From Catajapyx aquilonaris (Eukaryota), in NCBI GenBank assembly GCA_000934665.2, contig KZ538490.1:62001-126000 (forward strand): a stretch of DNA of 64,000 bases, written 5' to 3'. The notes beneath the pieces are model-generated. The model made no database searches and was not told where the DNA came from. It worked only from the letters and a program-made list of their open reading frames with translations. How positions within the stretch are numbered: the first letter of the stretch is position 1; every line of letters starts with the position of its first letter. Made by a program: the position numbers and the translations under genes. Below, piece by piece: positions 43,225 to 53,733 of the stretch.

Positions 43225-46200
43225 CAAAAAAAAGAAAGAAAAGAGAAAAAAAAATTAATAAAGTGGGGGTCTTTTCCTCTTCTGCAAAAAAATTATTCCC
43301 CTTCTAAATGTGCCTGCTCTCTGTTTTCATTGCAGACTACCACAACCGCAATGTTAATCTGAGAGCAGTCAGCACTAAGCGAAGGAAAACTCCACCCTCC
43401 TCCTCCTCCTCCACTTCATGCTAGTGAGTCTCTCACTCTGTCTTTAGTGGGTAGAAAAAAAATATATATAATATATAATACCTGTGCTGCCTGTGTGCCT
43501 GATGTAGCCCTTTTTTCTCTCTTAGGCCTGCTATGGATGTTTTTTCGTACTATTTCCCCCCCGTCCCTCTGAATATGTCACGCACGCCCCCCTCTTATTT
43601 TTTTTTTGTTTTTCCCGCCCTCTTGATTTTTTTTCCAAAAAAATTGTCCCCGCGTGTCAATGTTGCCATCCCTATCCGTTCAGTCGGTGTTTTGTCGCCC
43701 TCACGATACCGGGTCGCGGATAAAAAATGATATCGATCGATTATATCGATCATATCGGTCGATACTATCGCCCCGGCGTGCCCGGGAGGCTGCGGGTCGA
43801 TAGCATCCACGGACTGGTAAGGGCTCTACAGTGGTGCTATTGGTATCGTGTGGCCTGGACACACACACCCACACACACATACACGATCATTATATCGACG
43901 GACTCTGGTGGTTTTACCTGCGCCCGAGTGTCTTAAAACTCGGAGAGAGGCCCCATGTGCTGCTGGAACAATCGATGGAGAGCGATGATGGGCTGCAACA
44001 GGCATTGGGAGGTGGGGGTAGGCGGGGATTGGTGGGATTGTGGGAGGGGTGTTTTAATATTCGGTGGTCCACAATGACTGCGAATCCATGGACACGGCGG
44101 GGCTCAATTGTGGATTTAGTAGGCTTATATCGAGCGATTGTCGGGGGTGGCGGTGGCACTCACGTGGATATTTGTCAACCTACGTGCGGATGTAATTCAG
44201 GTCACAGTCCCCGGGCTTGGTTCATTTACACGGGCGAGAGGAATAATTGACAAGATTGGCGCCATTGGAGGAGTGGGAGAAGGGGGGGGTGTTGGAATTT
44301 GCCCAACTTGCATTTCGAAGCGGGACAGAGTACGATGTATACACCTGTGGAATTATTTGGGGCGGTCCTCGGGAACGTAAAACGTAAAAGCTCAGGTGTC
44401 AATGGGTTGACTAACTTGGGACGCCATTGATGGAAGCTACGCCAAACTGTTCATCTCTAGAGTTATTATTTTGCATCTAGTGGCAACACTTTATCTTCTA
44501 ATACGCTATTTCTCTTCATCGGCTGTTTGTCCGATAGTATCGTGCTGGACTTCATACATATAGATGGCGCACCATTCCCCTGCACACTCCTGCCACTTTC
44601 AAGTCGTGCCTAGTGATACTATCAGTTCGGACAAACATCCATAAGCGGATTGATATGGAAATTATGCATTTACTGCACACTGGTAACACCGATTTTTTAC
44701 TCGCTCAAGTCACTGATACCCAACAATTCTTTCCAATAATAACCCCCATTCCTGTAACCCATCAATGGTTAAAAATTCGCAATTGTCTGCAGCAGAAATC
44801 GAGCACAAAAACCCTACACGTCTATAGAAAAGTTGCTACTGGCTTTTTTTAAAAAGGGGGGGGGNGGGGCGGGCAAAACCTCTACCCACAAAAGAGTTGT
44901 TAAAAATTGTATTGACGGGCTTTTTTGGGGGGTTGTAAATGGAGAGAGAGAGCAGCGCACACACATATACAGGTCGAAGGATCAAGCCCTGGCAAAAACT
45001 CGATTTTGCAAGCGTTTCCTTTTTTAACCAAGCCGGCATTATTTATTTTCCCTGGCGTGGTCACAAAGACAAGGCACAAAGTGGGGATGATATGAAGCTG
45101 TCAGATTTGATAGGATGGGTTGGATTTTCCTCTTATGTGCCGGAGGCTGTCGTTGTATGTTGCTTTCGTCACAAGCCTGGGTGGAGAGAGGGGGGGGGGG
45201 GAGGGTATAGGAGAGCAACTTTTGAAATCACAATAATTATAGCTAACGTTTATATAGTCGTACAGGGGGGGAGGTTGTGGTTAAATTACACATCAGTTGC
45301 AGCTGATTTCCGAAAAGGGTTGCTGAGGCCCTGAGGTGGGGCGGTCACTTTGAGCTGGTTTTTACTCCTCCGAAGAGCATCCCCGAGGGGCAGGGGAAGG
45401 TATCGAACGTAGGGTGGGGGGTGGTTGCTTCCTGCAATTAGGCTGTAAACCCCGTGGCAGCTTGGGCGCCAGATTCAAAGTGCCCCTTGGAGCCATACCT
45501 GTACTGGAAACTGCAACTGTGGAATGTGACTGACTTGACTGACTCACGCACTAGGGAGGGATTGTTTACAATGCGATCTAGGATGGTATTTGCATTGTGC
45601 GAAACTTTGTGCCATAGTTTGGAGGAAGTATGTCTAACTTGTGGAGTGCATTGGATATGATACATCCTGTAATGTGCTCTATTTTTTTTGTAGGACATCT
45701 CGAAAGGATGTTGGACAAATATTTATCTCTGCCTCAACCCCGGTTTCCCAGAGAGCCGCGAAACGAGCTGGCAAAGGTGGATTAAATTCCGCGTCAGAGC
45801 CCGGTTACATTTGCACTCGGAATCAATCATGTTTTGCACGTACAAACGGGGGAGCCGGTTGACTTTTGACACCTGTTGGTTCTAACCTTGCCAATTCCCA
45901 GCCATTGTCAGGCACTCCCCATGGTGTGGTGTGGGACACACACTCACTCAAGCAAGGTTACAGATCAATGCTTTCGATTTCTGACATCAGGAGCACGTCG
46001 AAGTGTGGTGATCCTACCTCTAGTCTTATCTCTCTGGTGTCACAGGGACAAGACAAAATGTCGTTATGTAGTCCTTGCTTCCCCCCTACTGAACGTTGCG
46101 GGGGCGGCAGTAACGTGAAATTTATTCGGGCGTAAGTAAGTAACAGATTTGTGGGGCATTGTATTGGGGAATAACTCAGGCGGGGGATGAATAGGAAGAG

Positions 46201-47932
46201 GCACACAACCCTCCGGAGGTCGATCAAGGCGTCTGACAAGACTCTGCATGGCACAGCATCCCCATTTACTATCCTGTCTGAACACACACAAAAAAAATTG
46301 CTTTGATACCCTGCTCTCCTCTCCAGGAAAAAAAACAATGTCGCAAGTCACATATGGCAGTACACCTTTTGCCGAAATGATGCCGTTTGGTGTCGGTAAA
46401 AAATGGCGGGCCATATGACATCCACAAGTTCACTTTGGTTCTGGTGGCGTTCCTTTTTGGGGTTGTGTATCGGCAAAGTGATTAAGGTGGGAGGGAAGGA
46501 AGGTTGGTTTTTGGGGGTACGGGCCGGGTCAAATGTCATCATGCACATTGATCTAGCACCTCCCAGGGGCGTGCGATTTGGATCGCTGAGTAGGAAGAGG
46601 GGAGGGGGGGGGGGCTGCCATATTGCACCGCAATTTTTTTTTTCTGGGACGTTCATTTTTTACTGCCATTTGTAACTTATTTTCTCGACGACACATGTTT
46701 TGATTTTATTAGAGGGCTCAAGTTATTCAGTTTGGATCGTCGATATTATCCAAACAGAACACGCGAGGTTACTTCATTTTTATGACTTTTTTAAACTGGG
46801 AAATGAGTATACAATGACGAGATCTCATCTGATTTAAGACGTCATGTTCTGTTTCATAACAACGGAATAAATATTATGAAGAGGTGCTTTGGAATGCTGC
46901 AGGAACTTATTTCATGAGCAAGTACTATGGGCATTTGCTCACCCAAATTATGCACAGGATACGAAAAACATGCATTAGCTATTCGTAATGGCATAGACTT
47001 GAGTCACTTAGTCATTACATGGTATGCCCTTTTCACGATTGCAGTGGAAGTTTGAGCATTGCCATGGTAACTTACTGTTTCTGCCAATCTCGAGTCGGAT
47101 CGCAGTAATTTGCGTGCACACAATACAGTAGGGGGGTTTTTTTTGAGGGGGGGGGGGGGTTAATGCAAGAGAAAAGTAGCGTTAAAAGATTTAAATCTGG
47201 TTCAGGACCTCTTGAAATATTTATCACGCTGAAAGATGCCAATGATATAGAAATGTCCATCATTATTTTACTTTCCATTGTCGTTCAATGCACATGCAGT
47301 GTCATATTCGGTCATATTTTGACCACCTGGGATCTGATTAGACTTTTTTTTTTACAATCACAGTCCGTAACATTGCCTCAGAAGCCGGCTCCGATTACCC
47401 ATCACCCTCTGCTTCATTCCCATTCAATTATGGCATCATCCAACCGCATTGTGCGGGTCGGGGACATGTAGGTGAGATCAAGTGTTAACCGGCTCCTATC
47501 TCAGCTCAGCAATGAAAAGGAAGGGTGGGGGACGATAATACTGATAGGGGGGGAGGGAGGGATGGAGGGAAGGGGAATCTCCCAGAGAGGAGATCCATGC
47601 TTGCCGGGGCTGGAAATGGGCATGGCAGCTGTGACCGACCTCTCGCTTGTGCGGATTCAGGTCATGCCTGCCGATTGAAAGAACCCAATTGGGAGGACGT
47701 GAGCAGAATGGAAGGCATGTCCGGCCTGTCTCGATCCACGTGGGTTTTGCAGCCATAGGACGGAACCCAGTTTTTTTTTTTTTAACTCCCAGAGTTGCGG
47801 ACGTGAATCCAGCACAGATACTTTTGCTGGGACGGGAGCTATCGTGCAATTACAAGTACACTGTGCCACGAAGAGTCCGCAGCAAGGTTTGAAATATTCC
47901 AGATTCTCAACCATTCGTAATGAAATTCAAGG

Positions 47933-48042
47933 CCTGTTTACGCACTCGCGATTTGAGCATCGGTCGCACGACTTTGCGACCGACAAAAATCGGTTCCCTT
48001 AGATCGTGCGACCGATGCTCAAATCGTGAGTGCGTAAACAGG
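47933..48042. repeat. Near-perfect 39-bp inverted repeat with a 32-nt spacer (small MITE or hairpin)
   Basis: CCTGTTTACGCACTCGCGATTTGAGCATCGGTCGCACGA (47933-47971) versus 48004-48042; one mismatch, which would be a G-U pair in + strand RNA. Confidence 0.85.
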
Positions 48043-48585
48043 TTGCTTGTAACAAAACTAAGCGGCCACTGTCCGACCATACTGATCACTAATTGACGTG
48101 CTAGACTCTGTAGTTACACACATCGAAATTATTCAACCTCCAGTAGGCCAGAAAAGCAACGGTGCTAAATTTTACAAGGGCTCGGGAAGTTCCGAGCACA
48201 GCCCATATCATTTCTGTCTTTCTTCGACGTAACCTATGATTTCAGAGCACTTGAGTATCGAAGTTATTACGCTCACACGGCGACGGTAATGACAAGGTAG
48301 TTCCGAAAACTAGGACGCCCAATTGGACTCCCCACCGAATTCTTCATTGTTGGGTTGCTGGTGACGTCATCCGGATGAGGGTGTCATGTGGGATACCGTC
48401 ATGTGTCCCTATGTTGCGGGCTAATGGAAAAGTGAACCCTGGCGCTGTTGCCTGACCGACTCTGCAATTAGATGACCCCTCGGCATTAGTCACTTGAGAT
48501 GTGGCCAGGTTTTGCCTCGGGTTCCCCTCTTGCGTTATGACGGGGGTTTAGTCAAATCCCAACTCCTTTGTCTTACTCAGCTGAC

Positions 48586-48591
48586 TATAAA
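48586..48591 (+). promoter_or_regulatory. Possible TATA box of the nested IR
   Basis: cTATAAAt about 260 nt upstream of the IR ATG; motif match only. Confidence 0.25.
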
Positions 48592-48849
48592 TTGCTCCCA
48601 GGCCGGAGGGAACGAGCCCTGTGTTGAAGAGGGAGGCCCCCCGAAAAAACAAGGAAGGGTGGCCAAAAATGACGTAAAAGGGGGCCAGCCCGATTGTTAT
48701 CAAAAAAAGAAGAAAAAATGATCGGATCGATGCGATTCTTCTTCGGCATGTAATTTGGAGGGCATTAATTATATATTGGGGGGCTGCATGCACAAAGGTG
48801 TCCGTGCGGACTGTTTCTGAAAGGTCTTCAGTGGTGAATCACTTGTACA

Positions 48850-50745
48850 ATGGCGCCCTTGTTGATGTTGCTTCTTGTCCAAAGAGCGGTGTCGCGACCA
48901 GAGAGCGAAATTGTCTCGTTGTTGCGCGACATTTTAGAGTCGTCGCCGTTGTGCACGCTCGTGTTTGCTCATGACTATGCTGCGGTACCGATGCCGTTTC
49001 AGAGTCTGATGGCCAACCTCAGTCGGAGTTACAGGTTCGCGATGCCTGTGAAGTTGCCACGTACGTTCGTCTTGCCAAAAGGACACTACCGCGACTTTTG
49101 GGACATTCACTCTCGGTATGTGGTCGGTCCTTGTGTGGTTCACATGCACACGACCGACACGGCAATGGAACTGGACCGCCTTAATCTGCTGGTGTCAACG
49201 CTGGTCAAGGTGAGCATGGAGGAGGACCGGTTCGTGATCTGGTCCAGATCGGATCCGGATCGTGGCCTGGAACCGAAGAGTCTCCTGATGGCCAAGTTCA
49301 AACTGGCGGTGGTGCCGATGGAGTGTCTGCAGCTGCGAACTTCATGCTTCTTTTGTCAAAACCACATGGTCAGCCTGGGTCCATATCCGGGCTTGAGTGT
49401 GGCCAGCATGTTTCCGGATATGACCACGGACCTGAACGGATATCTTGTCCGATCCGCATATCTGGTGGGGAAAGACTGGAAGACTGTGGGCAAGAAGGTG
49501 CAGGAGCGTGGTCGGCAGTACCTGAGCGTCGACGAAGCTTACATGTACTACTTCGCCATGAAGATGAACTTCACCTGGGTCATGTACGATATGGTAATCA
49601 CGCCGGAAATGCTGGACGGGAGTCGGCTTGAGAATGGGACTTGGGTGGGACAGGTGCAGAACATGATGTCTGACAAGCAAGACTTCGCACTGATCGCGTT
49701 TTACCAGAGTGAGGAACTTCGACATCTGAATTATGTGTTCCCGACAGTGTACGGCGGATTTTACTTCATGACCGATTTTGCCAAGCCGGTTTGGTCCTGG
49801 AAGACAATACTGTGGGCGTATGACATCACCGTGTGGGTGTTGATTGTGGCTGGAACTGCGCTGTCAGTAGTTGTGACCTACGTTCTGCTCAAGATAGAAG
49901 GTTGTGAGCGACAGTCCATAGAGCTGTCTTTTCGTACCTGCGTCGGTACACTAGTGGAACAGCTGCCCAATAAGGAGTTGCCGCAATGCAGCGCATGCCG
50001 CGCTTTCCTCCTGTTTTGGTTCTTCGTGGCCATCGTGATCTCCTGCGGGTACCAGGAGATGGTGTTTGCCTTCGTGGCAGTTCCGGTGAAGGAGCGAATC
50101 CCCACCACATTCGAGGAGCTGCTGGAAATGGACTATGTTATCAACGCTGAAACATTTCAAGCCCTGACTCTGACCGTGCTGGCCAAGAGAGTGGAGGTCG
50201 AAATCTACCGCAAGGTTCAGGAGAGGTTGGAGATCGCCATGGGCTTCAAGCATTGCTTCGAGCAATGTCTAACGGGTCGAGTCAGCTGCCTGGGATTCGG
50301 ACCGTTGATGGACTGCGAGAAACAGCAGATGGTGGACATCAGCGGAAAGATGCGATTAAGGCAAGGGGAGCCTGCTCTGCACATTTACACCGGTAGCGCA
50401 TTTCTGAAAGATAACATGTGCCGGTTGAACGTGGACAATATGGTCAAGCGCATATTCGAGAGCGGTCAAGCGAGACATTGGTGGAGCAACGTCGAGTACG
50501 TCCACTTTCTGGAGGCCATGGCACAAGTACGGAATCGTCAGGAGGTGGATGAAGGAATAGGGGACAACGGAGAAGAAGAAGGCAAGCCGCTGACCATGCA
50601 GAATATGTGCGGGCCGTTCCGATTGATATTGGCAGGATGGCATATCTGCTTGCTGAGCTTCATTGTTGAGGTTTTGGTTAGGATGTCAGGTAGATACTGG
50701 TTAGCCCATCTCTTGCGAAGGAGGCGGACGTGGTTCATGAATTGA
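48850..50745 (+). CDS. Divergent ionotropic receptor (IR, variant iGluR chemoreceptor family), single exon, 631 aa, nested in the onecut intron
   Basis: Uninterrupted 1896-nt ORF with acaATGG start context and a hydrophobic N-terminus (MAPLLMLLLVQRAVS). S1-like NGTWVGQVQNMMSDKQDFAL; M1 WAYDITVWVLIVAGTALSVVVTYVLL; pore-like TCVGTLVEQ; M2 RAFLLFWFFVAIVISCGY followed by IPTTFEEL; S2 end IFESG..RHWW; last helix PLTMQNMCGPFRLILAGWHICLLSFIVE. No long iGluR amino-terminal domain. The orthology group cannot be assigned by eye. Confidence 0.9.
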   Translation: MAPLLMLLLVQRAVSRPESEIVSLLRDILESSPLCTLVFAHDYAAVPMPFQSLMANLSRSYRFAMPVKLPRTFVLPKGHYRDFWDIHSRYVVGPCVVHMHTTDTAMELDRLNLLVSTLVKVSMEEDRFVIWSRSDPDRGLEPKSLLMAKFKLAVVPMECLQLRTSCFFCQNHMVSLGPYPGLSVASMFPDMTTDLNGYLVRSAYLVGKDWKTVGKKVQERGRQYLSVDEAYMYYFAMKMNFTWVMYDMVITPEMLDGSRLENGTWVGQVQNMMSDKQDFALIAFYQSEELRHLNYVFPTVYGGFYFMTDFAKPVWSWKTILWAYDITVWVLIVAGTALSVVVTYVLLKIEGCERQSIELSFRTCVGTLVEQLPNKELPQCSACRAFLLFWFFVAIVISCGYQEMVFAFVAVPVKERIPTTFEELLEMDYVINAETFQALTLTVLAKRVEVEIYRKVQERLEIAMGFKHCFEQCLTGRVSCLGFGPLMDCEKQQMVDISGKMRLRQGEPALHIYTGSAFLKDNMCRLNVDNMVKRIFESGQARHWWSNVEYVHFLEAMAQVRNRQEVDEGIGDNGEEEGKPLTMQNMCGPFRLILAGWHICLLSFIVEVLVRMSGRYWLAHLLRRRRTWFMN

Positions 50746-50764
50746 TCATAATTTTTACAAACAT

Positions 50765-50801
50765 TGGAAATGTGCAAATAAATTTTATGTGCACATTTCC
50801 A
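50765..50801 (+). terminator. Likely polyadenylation signal of the nested IR (AATAAA, 50777-50782) inside a stem-loop
   Basis: AATAAA begins 32 nt after the IR stop codon and is flanked by the perfect 12-bp inverted repeat TGGAAATGTGCA / TGCACATTTCCA. Confidence 0.55.
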
Positions 50802-53237
50802 TATGGGACGGGTACTCGGCAGAAGGCGCAAATGTGGTGCAAACTGAACGGCATGTTACTTATGGACGCAAACTTTGAGGCCTCATGGATAATTTCGAGC
50901 TCTACCTGCCTATTAAGACTGTAAAAATTGACGTCCCTTCGTGCCGGATAATGCATTGTGTGCATGGCAGTATGTTTCTCAGACTCTTGTGGACAAGCTG
51001 TAAAGCTAATCGAAGTTGATATCTTGCTTTCTGGTTTCCGGACTTTTGCTAGCCAAGGAGTGACTGATTGTGTGCAACAGTACAGGAAGATATAGTACGT
51101 GAAACGGCATTTTAGAGCACCGCATGGGGGCTAGCAGGATTGACGCTAATGGTGCAAATCCTTACGTGATGGTTGTCACAACGCATGCACTGCCGACATG
51201 CACGACCGTAAAATGACAGTCCTTTTTTTGAGTCCATTACACTGGCAAAGTTTGCTAGAAAACAGTTCCATGTGTCTGTCTTTGGTATTGCATCAGTAAC
51301 CATGGGGATACCTGTAAGTTTGCATTTGCCTGGGGGTACGTAGATTGATGTTTGAGCGGATCGCATCAGGAATCAATTATTCAGGCAAAACCCGCAAGAA
51401 AATGACGGGTATAGGACTTGAAGTGCTGCCGTCCAAGTTGTCACACTCGCCATCAATTTAATTCGGCCCCCGTGACCTTCGGCGACATTTGGTCTCTCCT
51501 AACCCCAGCCCTATCCATCACATAGATACATGGAGAGAGTCCCCCCTTTCCAATTCCTGCAGCACATCTTCCCCAGATCATCCTGTCACGGTTGGCAATC
51601 GCCCTTCTTCGGGACACCCTATCCCCCTAGGAAAGGCAGGGGTCTGTGTCCATCCTATTAGAGAGGAGGAAGAGGAGGAGGAAGGGAAATAGTGTGAGCT
51701 AGACCAGCTGACGGTGGGTGGCGCTTGCGTGACGCCAGGCTTTTCAAGCCGCGGATGGCGTGAATCATTGCCGGCCCTCCATACCCACCCTATCCTTTCC
51801 TTAGCCCAAGCTGACGGCTGAATTTCCTCCAGAATGTGCTCATGCAAAAAAGGGGGGTGACTATACAACATAAAATGGCAACCCTGCGCAGTGTACGACG
51901 TTGCCGCAATGGGTCTGGGATTTGGGGAATTTGTACACGAATAGCTAAGCATTACACCACTTTTCAGTACCAAAAATGTTATTTCCTCGATAAATTATCG
52001 CGGGTTTAAAATTGGCGGGGAAAAAGGGGGCGTGACGTAAAGGCTCCTGCTTGACCATAGTGACGTCAGAGGGAAATACGATACCGTATAACATTTTTGT
52101 CGCGTACCCCTTTTTAAATATGTCGAGACAGTTTGTACCCCCCACTCCGACTGTCACCAGAAAATAGTAATTGTGGGCACTTATCAACAGTAACAGCAAA
52201 ACGAAAGATGGGAATGTGTGAGTATGACGATTTTATTTTTTTTCTCAGAAGTTGGTGATTCTTGTTGAATAAGAATATGGTTCCCAACAAATGTATAGAG
52301 ACTGGTCGCCATTGCACGATATCTTTAGCGTACCCCCTAAATAGTGTTTGCGTACTCCTGTTTGAAAACCACTGCCGTATAATATGTTTTGGGATCGACC
52401 AAAGCTCGAGAATTTATATTGATACTTATTTCTTCAAACATAAAGACACCAAAATTCATTTAAAAATAAGGACGTTTTTTACATGGGTTTGCAAAATGTA
52501 GGCTATAGGGCCCCCTTTTATTAAGCATGAGCAAATAGGACGACAGGTGTGTTTCCACAGTCCTGTGCACCATTGATCGAGTCACTAAGTTTGCGGAGTC
52601 GGCCAGGTGTGCATCCGGAGACAAATTTGCGAAGTCGCACCCACCCACACTTCAAAACACGGCCGTTGTCCACACATGTAATTCGGGAAAAAATAAGTGC
52701 CGTCATTAGTAAGGACGAGGGGGAGGTCGAAACCTCGAAGTCAGCGGCTTCGATGCATTACACACACAGGACACTCCATCACCTTCTTTGGGGGAGGTGT
52801 TGGGAACCAGAATGAGACAGAGTTGTATCAAGCTCCCAAATCGTAATTGAAATTCCTCCTTTTCCGTCGCCTTCTCCCTCACCCGACCGTCTTGCCTGTT
52901 TCCGGAAAAAGTTTTCCCCACATCATCCGCAACGGCCCCGGCAACACAAAACGTGGTATCGGTCCGGGGTTATTTCCCCCCCATGTCTGCATGGTTGCCA
53001 ATGACAGCCCTTTTCTTATTGGCAGGCGACATATGCTTGAGCGAAAGTTCCCATACATGTGACTCATGAAAATCATACCAATTCGCCCACAATGCATATT
53101 TTTTTTTTGCAGTGTTTTCATGTATAGCACATTGGGCGAATTGCAATATGTGTTGCATGCTAGTTTGTATGTGTATTGTTAAGTGTCGACAATTGAATGA
53201 GCACGTGAGATACATGACGTAGTGTTATGTTTTCCAG

Positions 53238-53350
53238 CCTGCAAGCGGAAGGAGGAGCAGCAGACCCAACCCGAGCATCCGCCGGCCCCCAAGAAGCCCC
53301 GTTTGGTCTTCACAGACCTCCAGCGGCGTACTCTGCAGGCTATTTTTAAG
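53238..53350 (+). CDS. onecut: ONECUT homeobox gene, internal exon encoding the CUT-homeodomain linker and homeodomain helix 1
   Basis: Acceptor tttccag at 53231-53237 and donor AAG|gtaaaa at 53350/53351. The 113 nt equal 2 nt plus 37 codons: (A)CKRKEEQQTQPEHPPAPKKPRLVFTDLQRRTLQAIFK. ACKRKE and PKKPRLVFTDxQRRTL are characteristic ONECUT/HNF6 motifs. Upstream intron is phase 1, downstream intron phase 0. Confidence 0.96.
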
Positions 53351-53733
53351 GTAAAAAGAAAAAAAGACACAGGAAGCAAGTCCCAGCAACAACAACAACC
53401 GCGACCCCAACCAAGTAATGGGATTCCTTCCATTAGTGCGGGAGGAAAAAAGAAAGAAAAAAGAACCGAGCTCTTTCTTTTTTTTATTATTATGATTCTG
53501 TGATGCACGAACACGGTTTGCGTGTAGGGAGCGGGCATTTCCAGAAGATTGACTTCGGAGGTCTCTCTCCCTCGAACAAAAAAAAAAGCGTGGAATGAAT
53601 TCCATACGTATAGGGCAGACAGTGGACAAATTTTTATTACTTTGTGTTCACTTATATTTTTTTTTAGTTATCTTGCTTAATTTTTGAGGGTGGATCCAAG
53701 TTGAATTGCCGCACTCTGTTTTGTCTTATATAG

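Larger units (their letters stand above)
1..53237 (+). other. onecut: Large onecut intron (more than 53 kb; 5' end upstream of the window) between the CUT-domain exon and the linker/homeodomain exon
   Basis: The exon at 53238 starts mid-codon at ACKRKE, which in ONECUT proteins directly follows the CUT domain. No CUT-like peptide appears in the ORF track for 1-53237. Two short assembly gaps fall in this interval. Confidence 0.8.

Noticed and set aside
7700..47480. Other AG|GT juxtapositions (about 7713, 10872, 27137, 29206, 42846 and 47471) as extra ratchet points
   Set aside because: Each lacks a strong pyrimidine tract or a strong donor, unlike 26930 and 53754.
47..48793. Hundreds of 60-190-aa ORFs in the ORF track, for example 10890-11471, 11988-12479 and 42847-43362
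   Set aside because: Low-complexity translations of homopolymer runs with no domain signatures; many use non-ATG starts; expected by chance in intronic DNA.
48934..50831. Antisense and alternative-frame ORFs within the IR gene
   Set aside because: Typical shadows of a GC3-rich coding sequence.
53351..53503. In-frame continuation of the onecut exon ORF (VKRKKDTG...)
   Set aside because: Runs through a clear GT donor; the homeodomain is completed by the exon at 57830.
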